64,000 nucleotides of DNA from Paragordius varius (taxonomy: Eukaryota; Animalia; Nematomorpha). The position numbers and the translations under genes were made by a program. The notes below the pieces were generated by a model. The model did no database searches and had not been told where the DNA came from. It saw only the letters and a list, made by a program, of their open reading frames with translations. Shown here one piece after another: positions 26,901 through 39,159 of the stretch. The stretch is from positions 1,302,001 through 1,366,000 of the forward strand of contig OZ176060.1 of NCBI GenBank assembly GCA_964247055.1. Reading direction: 5' to 3'. Positions within the stretch are counted from its first letter, which is position 1, and each line of letters opens with the position of its first letter.

Positions 26901-29900
26901 TGAATTTGAATTTTTTCAAGGAATATGAATTTTAATTGTTTAAGTTGAATTCCTTGATTATAAATTCAAAATAATCTTTATTGACTATCATTATTTTTAA
27001 GATTATTACTAATTTTTAATCTAAATATATATATTTTTCGAAATAATTGGCATATCAATATTAATACCCTTTTGCCCAAATTCCTTGATTATAAATGCAA
27101 AATAATCTAATTTACATTTTTTTCAACTTTTATTTTATTAATCTTAAAGAAACATGTAATTTATTGAAAAGTTCAATTATATAAGAGTGAATTGTAAATG
27201 ATAAATATATATTTATATTTATAAACTAAAATAATCTTTATAAACTAAAATTTAATCTTATTTCTTTATTATTTAAACCTTTTTTTTTTCAACACTTTAT
27301 ATTTTTTATTTTAGCGGGTCGTTTTCCTAGATCGTCTGCCCTCAGGATTATTACTCGTAACCGGTCCTTACCGGCTTAACGGGTGTCCCCTACGTCGGGT
27401 TCATCCTACCCGAGTTATAGCTACCACAGAGCATATACCCGGTTTCGAGCGGTCAGCTGTTTTTAGCGGTATTTTTAGCGGTCCCGAACAGCTGACCGAA
27501 TCAGCTGATGCTGAACGAGCCTTTTTCATGAGAAACGGCGGGGGAGGGGGAGACCGGAAAAAGACAAAGGGTAGACAAGAAGAAGATATCTTTGAAACAG
27601 CTGATGGGAAAAAGGTCAGTTATAGCGGAAAGCTTTTAAGAAATTTAATGAGTTTTTTTTGGGGGGGGGGAATTTTATAAACATATAATTTAAATAAATT
27701 TTGATTATTTTAAGAAATGATTAGAGAACGTTTATTAAGAAATTTAAGATTTTTTAAAGATTTTTTAGTCTTTTTTTAAAAAATTAAAGATTGATTATTT
27801 GTTTTTTAGTTTTCATTAGATTTTTTAATTTAAATAATTTTTGATTTTTTTAAGAATTGATTAAATAATCATAAATCATTTTTCAAAAAAATGATTCATA
27901 TATATATTTGAAACAGCTGATGAAAAAAAGGTCAGTTATAGCGGAAAGCTTTTTTTAGAAGTTTAAAGAAATCTAATGAGTTTAAAGAAAAAAAAGTTTT
28001 TTATAATTTATTTTATTTAGCTTATAAGAGAGGTTTTTTTTATATTTTTTTAATTTTTTTAAGCAATCATTAAATATTGAAGAATTTTTTGATTTAGTAA
28101 CTATAAGAGAGCGTTTTTTATAAAATTTAGATTTTTAGCTATAATTTTATAGTTTTTATACATAAAGATTGGTTTTTAAGAAATTAATGGTTTATTAAAG
28201 ATTTTTTAGTTTTCATAAGAGCGTTTTTTTAAGAAATTAAGATTTAGTTATAATTTTTGGGAAAATTTTTAAAAAATTTAATGAGTTTTTTTTTGGGGGG
28301 GGGGAATTTAGTAATTATCTAGATTAAGTTTAAGATTTTTTTATAATTTTTTAATTTTTTTAAGCAATGATTAAATATTAAATATTTTTTTGATTTAGTA
28401 ACTATAAGAGAACGTTTTTTTAAGAAATTAAAGATTAATTACACATTTTTTAGTTTTTATAATTACTTTTTAAACAAGAAGAAGATATCTTTGAAACAGC
28501 TGATGGAAAAAAGGTCAGTTATAGCGGAAAGTTTTTAAGGAATTTAATGAGTTTAAAGAAAAAAAAATTTTTGTTAGTATTTGTAATTTTTTTTGATTTT
28601 TGATTTATATAAAAACTTTTTTTAAGAAATTTAAGATTGAATAAAGATTTTTTCTATAATTTTTGTAAATTTAAAAAATTTAATGAGTTTTTTGGGGGGA
28701 ATTTAGATTTTTAATTTAAATATTTTTTTTAGTAAATATAAGATAGCGTTTTTTAAGGAATTTTAATAGATTAAACATTTTTTAGTTTTTATACATAAAG
28801 ATTGGTTTTTAAGAAATATAGTTTTTTATGAAATTTAAAAGATTTTTTGATTTAGTAACTATAAGAGAGCGTTTTGTAAGAAATTTAAATTTTTTGATTT
28901 AGTAAATATAAGAGAGCGTTTTTGTAAGGAATTTTAATTGATTAAACATTTTTTAGTTTTTATACATAAAGATTGGTTTTTAAGAAATATAGTTTTTTAT
29001 GAAATTTAAAAGATTTTTTGATTTAGTAACTATAAGAGAGCGTTTTTTAAGAAATTTAAAGATTGATTAAATAATTTTTGATTTAGTAACTTTAAGAGAG
29101 CGTTTTTGTAAGAAATTTTAATTGATTAAACATTTTTTAGTTTTTATACATAAAGATTGGTTTTTAAGAAATATAGTTTTTTATGAAATTTTAAAGATTT
29201 TTTGATTTAGTAACTATAAGAGAGCGTTTTTAAGAAATTTAAATTAAATCCAAATTTTAAAAGTTTTTTACGAAAATTAGATTTTTAGCTATAATTTTTT
29301 TAATTTAGTAAATAAATGGAGCGTTTTTCTAAGAAATTTAAATTTTTTAAAGATTTTTTAGTTTTTATAAATAAGTGAGAGCGTTTTTTAAGAATTTTTA
29401 AAGATTTTTTAGTTTTAAAAGTTTTTTACGAAAATTAGATTTTTAGCTATAATTTTTTGATTTAGTAACTATAAGAGAGCCTTTTTTTAAGAAATTTAAA
29501 GATTGATTAAATAATTTTTGATTTAATAACTTTAAGAGAGCGTTTTTGTAAGAAATTTTAATTGATTAAACATTTTTTAGTTTTTATACATAAAGATTGG
29601 TTTTTAAGAAATATAGTTTTTTATGAAATTTAAAAGATTTTTTGATTTAGTAACTATAAGAGAGCGTTTTGTAAGAAATTTAAATTTTTTGATTTAGTAA
29701 ATATAAGAGAGCGTTTTTGTAAGGAATTTTAATTGATTAAACATTTTTTAGTTTTTATACATAAAGATTGGTTTTTAAGAAATATAGTTTTTTATGAAAT
29801 TTAAAAGATTTTTTGATTTAGTAACTATAAGAGAGCGTTTTTTAAGAAATTTAAAGATTGATTAAATAATTTTTGATTTAGTAACTTTAAGAGAGCGTTT

Positions 29901-32447
29901 TTGTAAGAAATTTTAATTGATTAAACATTTTTTAGTTTTTATACATAAAGATTGGTTTTTAAGAAATATAGTTTTTTATGAAATTTTAAAGATTTTTTGA
30001 TTTAGTAACTATAAGAGAGCGTTTTTAAGAAATTTAAATTAAATCCAAATTTTAAAAGTTTTTTACGAAAATTAGATTTTTAGCTATAATTTTTTTAATT
30101 TAGTAAATAAATGGAGCGTTTTTCTAAGAAATTTAAATTTTTTAAAGATTTTTTAGTTTTTATAAATAAGTGAGAGCGTTTTTTAAGAATTTTTAAAGAT
30201 TTTTTAGTTTTAAAAGTTTTTTACGAAAATTAGATTTTTAGCTATAATTTTTTGATTTAGTAACTATAAGAGAGCCTTTTTTTAAGAAATTTAAAGATTG
30301 ATTAAATAATTTTTGATTTAGTAACTTTAAGAGAGCGTTTTTGTAAGAAATTTTAATTGATTAAACATTTTTTAGTTTTTATACATAAAGATTGGTTTTT
30401 AAGAAATATAGTTTTTTATGAAATTTAAAAGATTTTTTGATTTAGTAACTATAAGAGAGCGTTTTGTAAGAAATTTAAATTTTTTGATTTAGTAAATATA
30501 AGAGAGCGTTTTTGTAAGGAATTTTAATTGATTAAACATTTTTTAGTTTTTATACATAAAGATTGGTTTTTAAGAAATATAGTTTTTTATGAAATTTAAA
30601 AGATTTTTTGATTTAGTAACTATAAGAGAGCGTTTTTTAAGAAATTTAAAGATTGATTAAATAATTTTTGATTTAGTAACTTTAAGAGAGCGTTTTTGTA
30701 AGAAATTTTAATTGATTAAACATTTTTTAGTTTTTATACATAAAGATTGGTTTTTAAGAAATATAGTTTTTTATGAAATTTTAAAGATTTTTTGATTTAG
30801 TAACTATAAGAGAGCGTTTTTAAGAAATTTAAATTAAATCCAAATTTTAAAAGTTTTTTACGAAAATTAGATTTTTAGCTATAATTTTTTTAATTTAGTA
30901 AATAAATGGAGCGTTTTTCTAAGAAATTTAAATTTTTTAAAGATTTTTTAGTTTTTATAAATAAGTGAGAGCGTTTTTTAAGAATTTTTAAAGATTTTTT
31001 AGTTTTAAAAGTTTTTTACGAAAATTAGATTTTTAGCTATAATTTTTTGATTTAGTAACTATAAGAGAGCCTTTTTTTAAGAAATTTAAATTGATTAAAC
31101 ATTTTTAGTATGCATAAATAAAGATTGGTTTATATTTTACCTTATTATATTTATAACAAAAAATGTAAATTTTTAAGAGTAAGATTTATTTTAAACGATG
31201 GAATTGAATTACGATATTTTTAACACTCCAGGTGTTAATAAAAAAAGATTAGTTATTTGGGAAATTTTTAATAAATTTAATAAGTTTACGAATTTTATAA
31301 ACATTTAATTTAAATGGTTTTTTGATTTTTTTAAGACAGAAAGAATTATGTAGTTGATATATATATATATTTAATTTTGTTTTATTTAGTTATATTTTGA
31401 TTATATTATATTATGAGAATTATATATTTTATTTTATATTTCAAATTTTTAATAATAAAGATTTATTTAATAAATTAAAGTTGAAATAATATATGTGAGG
31501 GGTTGATTATTTAGGAAATTTTATTTTTAGGATGAATCATGATTTATTGAAATTTCATAAACAATTAATTTAAATGGTTGATTTTTTTAAGACAGAAAGA
31601 ATTATATTATTTGTTAAATTTAGTTATATTTTGATGTATATTATATGTTTCATAACTTAAATTTTTTAATAAAAAATTCATTAAATAGGTCGGAATACTA
31701 TATATAAGGTGTTGATTATTTTAGGAAATTTTATTTTTAGGATGAATCATGAATTTACTTTTTGTTATGTTAAAATTTATGACAATTGTCATTTATATTA
31801 TAATAATTTTAGTCGACAATTTTTAAAAAAAAAAATTTAAAAATTTTAAATATAATTATAAATATTATAAACTTTTTATCGAAACTTTTTTATTTTATTC
31901 ATATATGCACACAGAATTCATTATATATATAAAACTTAGGAAAATTAATAATTACTATATTTATAAATTTTGTAAAAACTTAAACTTATTTAATTTCATT
32001 TTTATATTTCAAAAAAATCAAAAAAGTTAATAAATTTTAAACACAATAAATTACATTTTTAAATTTAAAAAGTAATTACTATTTTCTTCATATTATGAAA
32101 ATTATTACTACCTCCATATTTAAATATTTCAAAAAAATTATAAAATTTTAAATATTATTTGAAAAAATTCAAAAAATTTTAAAAAAATTTAAAAAATTTC
32201 AAATATATTTCAAAAAAAAATAATTATAAATATTAAAAACTTTTTTTTTTATTCCACATACACACAGAATAAGGAACCGCTCCCAGAAGCCAGAAAAGAA
32301 ATTCAAAAAGTTATTGATAACCGAATCTTAGATCTTATAAATGGCGCTATAACGGAAAACCCCATGGATAGTCAATTTTTAAAGCGATACCTTAGCTTAC
32401 CTTTTGCCCTAAAGAATGGACAATACCCACATACCATGGTCTTTTGA
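20175..32447 (+). CDS. RPL6: 60S ribosomal protein L6 (eL6), 300 aa. Exons 20175-20447, 21266-21415, 27315-27614, 32268-32447
   Basis: All introns GT-AG, phase 0. Motifs [45 protein letters not shown]|[29 protein letters not shown], and C-terminal [19 protein letters not shown] match eL6. Confidence 0.95.
21416..24480 (+). repeat. Tandem array (about 214-bp unit) of the RPL6 exon-2 3' end + donor + intron start; 12 full and 3 partial copies
   Basis: GCTGGTCCGTATCGCGGAAAA|GTTAG ends at 21630, 21844, 22058, 22274, 22488, 22700, 22914, 23128, 23342, 23703, about 23918, 24278. Confidence 0.95.
24828..26781. mobile_element. TA-flanked MITE family with CCATTTACAATTCAAATTCACCC termini and variable 21-bp subterminal repeats (24828-25252, extra right end at 25417, 25951-26781); also 34113-34439, 36017-36283, 45173-45377 and partial arms at about 38090-38190 and 39320-39750
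   Basis: TATATA|CCATTTACA...TGTAAATGG|TATATA, inverted arms made of AATTCAAATTCACCCTTRAAC repeats around a shared AT-rich spacer. Confidence 0.7.
28790..31090. repeat. Intronic satellite in RPL6 intron 3: TAAGAGAGCGTTTTT subunits in a 795-bp higher-order repeat (about 3 copies)
   Basis: CCAAATTTTAAAAGTTTTTTACGAAAATTAG at 29250, 30045 and 30840. Confidence 0.85.
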
Positions 32448-33013
32448 AATTTAAGAAATGGAATGGAAAATTTTGAATTCTTATGAAAAAATTTGGAATA
32501 AAATTAATAAATACTACTATCTTATTGCATAATTTAATTAATTTTATTGGTTTTGATGTGTTTTTGATAAAAACTGCAAAATTTTGAATAATTTTCGTAT
32601 TTTATTGGTTTTGATGTGTTTTTCGTTAAAAAAACTGCAAATTTGAAACACTTTTTTTTATTAGAAAATTAATAAATACTTTAACTAATTTTGCATAATT
32701 TGATGAATATTGTTGGTTTTCATGTGTTTTTGAAAAAAAACTGCAAAATTTAGAATAATTTTCGAATTTTATTGGTTTTGATGTGTTTTTGATAAAAAAA
32801 ACTGTAAAATTTTGAATAATTTTTAAATTTTTTGGTTTTGAAGTGTTTTTGAAATTCTTCTGTTTAAAATTGACATTTTTTACCTTGAACGGTTTAAATT
32901 TTAGACTTTTTCTCATATATGAAAAACAAATATTTTAATAAATTTATTATTTAACCTTCTATTTTTCCAGAGTCTTTATATAAATGTTTTAAATTTAAAT
33001 AAAACTGAAAATA

Positions 33014-36000
33014 AATCCATTAGATAGTTAATTTTTAAAGCGTTACCTTAGCTTACCATTTGCCCTAAAGAATGGACAATACCCACATACCATGGTCTTT
33101 TAAAATGAAAATGAATGGAAATTTTGAAAAACTAATAAATACTACTATCTAATTACATAATTTGATGAATTTTATTCGTTTTGAAGTTTTTTTTTAAAAA
33201 AATTCAGTTTAAAATATAAATTTTTACCTTGAACGGTTTAAATTTTAGGCTTTTTCGTGAAAAAACTGAAAATTTTGAATAAAATTTATTATTTAACTTT
33301 TTTTACTTCGGTTTAAATAAATGTTATAAATTTAAATAAAACTGAAAATAAATCCATTGGATAGTCAATTTTTAAAGCGTTACCTTAGCTTACCATTTGC
33401 CCTAAAGAATGGACAATACCCACATACCATGGTCTTTTAAAACTGAATGGAAAAATTTTGAATTCTTATGAGAAAATTTTATATTCCATTAGAAAAATTT
33501 TGAATATTTTGAGTAAATTTGAATAAATAACTAATGTAAATATCATTTAATGAATTTTATTGGTTATGAAGTGTTTTGATGTGTTTTTGATAAAAAACTG
33601 CAAATTTTGAGTAATTTTCGAATTTTATTGGTTTGAGGTGTTTTTGATTAAAAACGGAAAATTGAAAAATTTTCATTAGAAAATTTGAATAAAATTAATA
33701 AATCCTTTAACTAATTACATAGTTTTATTGGTTTTAAAGTGTTTTTATGTGTTTTTTGAATGATTTTTTATGAAATCATAGCATGGTCTTTTAAAATTGA
33801 ATGGAAAATTTTGAATTCCTATGAGAAAATTTTGAATTAAATAATAAATACTTTAACTGATTGCAGATATAATTTGATAAATTTTATTGGTTTTGATGAG
33901 TTTTTTGAACGATTTTTATGAAATCATAGCATGGTCTTTTGAAATTGAATGGAAATGGAAAATTTTGAAAAATAAATGAAAATTTTGAAAAATTAATAAT
34001 TAATTTATCTATAATTGCATAATTTGATGAATTTTATTCGTTTTGAAGTGTTTTTGATAAAAAACTGCAAAATTTTGAAATTGAATGGATATTTTGAATT
34101 TCATTATATATACCATTTACAGTTTAAAATTACCCTTGAACAATTCAAAATCACCCTTGAACAATTCAAATTCACCCTTGAACAATTCAAATTCACCCTA
34201 AAAATAAATTATGTATTTTCGAACTAACATAACTCATTATTAATATGAAATAATGTTTATGTTAAAGTTTATTATTTTTTCAGTATTATTTTAATTTAAA
34301 CAAAATTTTTATGTTTTTAAAATATATAAAAATATTGGTAATTTTTAATATTAAAAAACATATATTTTATTTGAGGGTGAATTTGAATTGTTCAAGGGTG
34401 AATTTGAATTGTTTAAGGGTGAAATTGAATTGTAAATGGTATATATATTATATATATATAATTTAATGAATTTTATTGGTCGAAGTGTTTTTATGTGTTT
34501 TTTTTATGATTTTTTATGAAATCATAGCATGGTCTTTTAAAATTGATTGGAAATTAAAAAATAAATGAAAATTTTGAATAATTTTGAATAAAATTAATTA
34601 ACTGATTGCATATATAATTTGATGAATTTTATTCGTTTTGAAGTGTTTTTGATAAAAAACTGCAAAATTTTGAAAATTATGATAAATTTTGAATAAAATT
34701 AATAAATACTTTAACTAATTGCATAATTTGATGAATATTATTGGTTTTGAAGTGTTTTTGAAATCTGTTCAAAATTGACATTTTTTACCTTGAACGGTTT
34801 AAATTTTAGGCTTTTTCTCATATATGAAAAACAAATATTTTAAATTTTTTATTTATATAAAATTAATAAATACTTTATCTAATGGCATAATTTTCTAATT
34901 TTATATTTTATTGGTTTTGATGTGTTTTTGATAAAAAACGGAAAATCTTTGAATAATTTTCATTAAAAAATTAATAAATACTTTAACTTGCAGATATCAA
35001 AAATATATATCTATATATAGTTATATATGTATATAATTTTCGAATTTTATTGGTTTTGATGTGTTTTTGAAAAAACAGACATTTTTTACCTTGAGCGGTT
35101 TAAATTTTAGCCTTTCGTGAAAAAACTGCAAAATTTTGAATAAAATTATTATTTAACCTTCTATTTTATCCAGGGTGTTTAAATAAATGCTTTAAATATA
35201 AAACTGAAAATCCATTAAATAGTGAATTTTTAAAGCGTTATCTAAGCCTACCTTTTGCCCTAAAAAATGGACAATATTTTAAAATTGAAGAAATGTTGAA
35301 TTCCATTATAAAATTTTAAAAAAATTTGAATAAAATAATAAATACTATTTTGTATAAATAACTAATGTGATATATTGGATGAATATTATTGGTTTTAATG
35401 AGTTTTTGATAAAAAAATTGCAAAATTTTGAATAATTTTTGAATTTTATTGGTTTTGATGTGTTTTCGATAAAAAACTGCAAAATTTTGTATAATTTTTC
35501 CCATTATAAAATTAATAAATATAATTTAATGAATTTTATTGGTTTTGAAGTGTTTAGATGTGTTTTATGTGTTTTTTAAATGATTTTATATGAAATCATA
35601 ACATGGTTTAAAATTGAATGAAAAATTTTGAATAAATTTGAATAATAATAAATATTTTAAGATATATATCATTGAATATATATATATATATATATATAAA
35701 TTGATGAATTTTATTGGTTTTGATGTGTTTTTGAAAAAATTTTTAGCTTAAAAATGGATTTTATACCTTGAGAAGTTTAAATTTTAGGCTTTTCCTGTCA
35801 AAAACTGAAAATTTTGAATAAAATTTATTATTTAACCTTCTTTTCCAGAGTGTTTAAATAAATGTTTTAAATTTATAACGGAAATCATTAGATAGTCAAT
35901 TTTTAAAGCGGTATCTTTCCTTGAAAAATATATGAAATGAATAATTTTTTTTACATTAGAAAATTAATAAATAATATCATTATATATATATATTAATATC

Positions 36001-36630
36001 TAATTGCAAATATATACCATTTACAATTCAAATTCCCCCCTTAAACAATTCAAATTGAATAATCACTCTAAAAATAAATTATGTGTTTTCGGACAGCTCT
36101 AATAAAACTCTCATAATTAATATGAAATATATATCTTTATGGCGGCACATACTTTATTTATTTTACAATATAATATTAGTTTTAAAACAAATTTTTTTTA
36201 AAATATAGGATTAATTCTAAAAAAACCCATAATATTTGAGGGTAAATTTGTATTATTCAAAGGTGAATTTAAGTTGTAAATGGTATATATATGTATATAT
36301 ATATATATATAAATATTATGAGTATTTCCTTAAAAATCGACAGTTTTTATCTTGAGTGGTTCAAATTTTGGATATTTTGTAAAAAACGAATATTTTAAAT
36401 TATATAAATCTTTATTTCGGAGGGGGGATGTTTTCATTAAAAATGGAGACCTTTTTAACTCTGTAACGATTCAAAAATTTTGATTTTTTGGAAAAAAATA
36501 AAAATAGGTATATTATAAATCTGTTTTTTTTATCTTTAATAATCAAAAGTTGTTTTAAATTTAACTATAAATTGCCTGAAGCTAAAATTTTAAAATGGTA
36601 TTTTAGCTTACCTTTTGCCCTAAAAAATGG
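33014..36630 (+). repeat. Downstream copies of the 3' end of the RPL6 terminal exon (33014-33103, 33351-33440, 35209-35277, about 35883-35923, about 36597-36630, plus ATGGTCTTTT remnants)
   Basis: Match to 32358-32447 ([29 protein letters not shown]). Confidence 0.9.
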
Positions 36631-36696
36631 TTTAATTTAATAGAAAATTTAATTTCTAAATGAATTTAATGATATATATATATATATATATATATA

Positions 36697-39000
36697 CAGT
36701 AAAAACTGAAATTATACGGTCAAAACGTGTAAAAATATAAAGACAATCATATTTTTTTCTAAAAGGCAACCAACCATACTTTTTAAATCTTGAAATATAT
36801 TTTTAATGTTTTAAGCAAATTAAATTGATATCTATATTGGTGACACAAATAATTAAATGATTTTATAGGAGATAAATCAAAAGTTTAAAATTTGGGGTTG
36901 TCTTTTGAAAAAAAAATTGTCTTTATATTTTTCATTTCAGTTTTTAGTATATCAGATCAGGAATCAAATATATATATATAGATATATAAATAATTTTATG
37001 ATTGAATAAGAATTGTATAATATTTTCCCTTTTAATAACGAGAATAGTATAAACTTTTAATTTATTGGTCAGAAAATAACTTCTATGGGATAGGTAAAAT
37101 GAATATTTTTAAAGGATTTCTTTCATAAGTTTTATTTAATATACAACAGTAAAAACTGAAATTATACGGATAAAACATTTAAAAATATAAAGACAACCAT
37201 ACATTTTTTCTAAAAGACAAATACTTTTTTAAACCTTAATTTTTCTATTATAAATTACAGTAATTATTAAAACTATATGGACAAAACATAAAAATATAAA
37301 GACAAAACTTTTTTAAATGATAATTACTTTTTAAACCTTAATTTTTTGAACCTTAAGTTTTATTTAAAATACAACAGTAAAAACTGAAATTATACTATGG
37401 ACAAAACGTTCAAAAATATAAAGACAGCCATATTTTTTTTAAAAGACAGCCATACTTTTTTGAACCTTAATTTTTCTTAAAAAAATTATAGTAAATAAAT
37501 AAATTTGTAAAATATATAATTTATTGTGTTATCAATATTCATATTAATTTTTATATAATGAAGTCAGTAAAAATTAAAATTATACGGACAAAACGTGAAA
37601 ATATGACAAATATTTTTATCTAAAAGACAACCATACTTTTATAATCTTGATTTTTTAAAATATAATCATTGTTTAAAATTACAAAGTATAATATTGAAAT
37701 GTAAATTGTTAACATAATCAATTATTTATGATTGATTAAAAGTTTTTATAGGGGTTTAAAAAACATAATAGTTTTTTTTTCAAAAAATTTTGCCTTTATA
37801 TTTTTATGTTTTGTCCGTATATAATTTCAGTTTTGAATTACAAAACTATGTGGGTTGTTTTTTAGAAAAAAAATTTTTGCCTTTATATTTTTATGTTTTG
37901 TCGGTATATAATTTCAGTTTTTACTGTTGAGTTTTTTTGTGTAAAGTGATCAAATTTAACCATTTTTTGTTTAAACTGTGGTTAGATTAGCGTAAAAATA
38001 TTTTTTAATCTGTGATGATTTTGTAATTAAAAGTTTTTTTGGATAAATTGTTTGCCTTTTAAACCAAGAAAGTTTTCCAAGAGTCGCCTAGAGGGTAATT
38101 GTTCAAGGGTGAGAATTTGAATTGTTCAAGGTAATTGAATTGCTCAAGGATGTATTTGAATTCAAAGGTGAGAATTTGAATTATAAATGGTATATATACA
38201 TATAATCATATATAAATGTGAAGTACAATTTTAGATAACCAACAAAATAACTATAGAGTAAGTAAAAATATTATATATGTCGGTCTTTTGTTATACATTC
38301 GAGGTCGACTTTTTGCAATATTTTGTGCAAATTTTAGTTTTCATTTTAATGTTGAATTCTGCCAAGGTTTTTACATGAGTTTCTTGTTGAATATTTTAAA
38401 TCCTTCAAAGATTTTTCTAGTAAATTGAATCATAATTAGAAAGTAGTAAGATAGTTTGATTCAAATAGTTATTTCAAGTAATGACATGTCCGGATTTTAT
38501 TTTCAAAATTCGTGCATTGTTAGTTAATTTATCCGTGCATTTTTACAGTAAAAATTGGAATTATTATACGGACAAAATGTAAAAATATAAAGACAACCAT
38601 ATTTTTTTCTAAAAGACAATCTCAACCATATTTTTTTAAATTCGATTCATTCAAAAATTTCTTATTGTTTTAAACTACAAAGTATGAAATAAAGATGTAT
38701 ATTGATAACAATATCAATTCTATATTTTCCAATTGTAATTAAATAGTTATGATAAATTAAGGTTATAAAGGTTGTCTTTTTGAAAAAAAATATGTCTTTA
38801 TATATTTTGAACCCGATTATTCAAATTCACTGTAATCTCAAAAATCAGTTAATAATTTTATTCTCTTTATTCATTTCAAAATTTATTAATTTTTTAAGTA
38901 TGAAATATAGATGTATATTGGTAACACAATCAATTATATTATTTATATGGTTATCTTTTGAAAAAAAAATTTTGTCTTTATATATTTCAAACCAGATTAT
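36697..39000. mobile_element. Cluster of whole and partial Tc1/mariner-like CAGTAAAAA MITEs between the convergent RPL6 and RPS5 3' ends
   Basis: Left TIRs at about 36697, 37147, 37375, 37564 and 38546; right TIRs at about 36950, 37835 and 37925. Confidence 0.6.
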
Positions 39001-39159
39001 TCAAATTCACTGCACATCAAAATATTTCCAAAACATAGCATAATATCAGCTATTATCAAATAATTTTATTTCCTATATTATTCATTTCAAAATTTATTTT
39101 TAATTTTATTTTTTCAAAAATAAAAAAAAAATAAATTTAATAATTTTCTGCTGAGTCAT

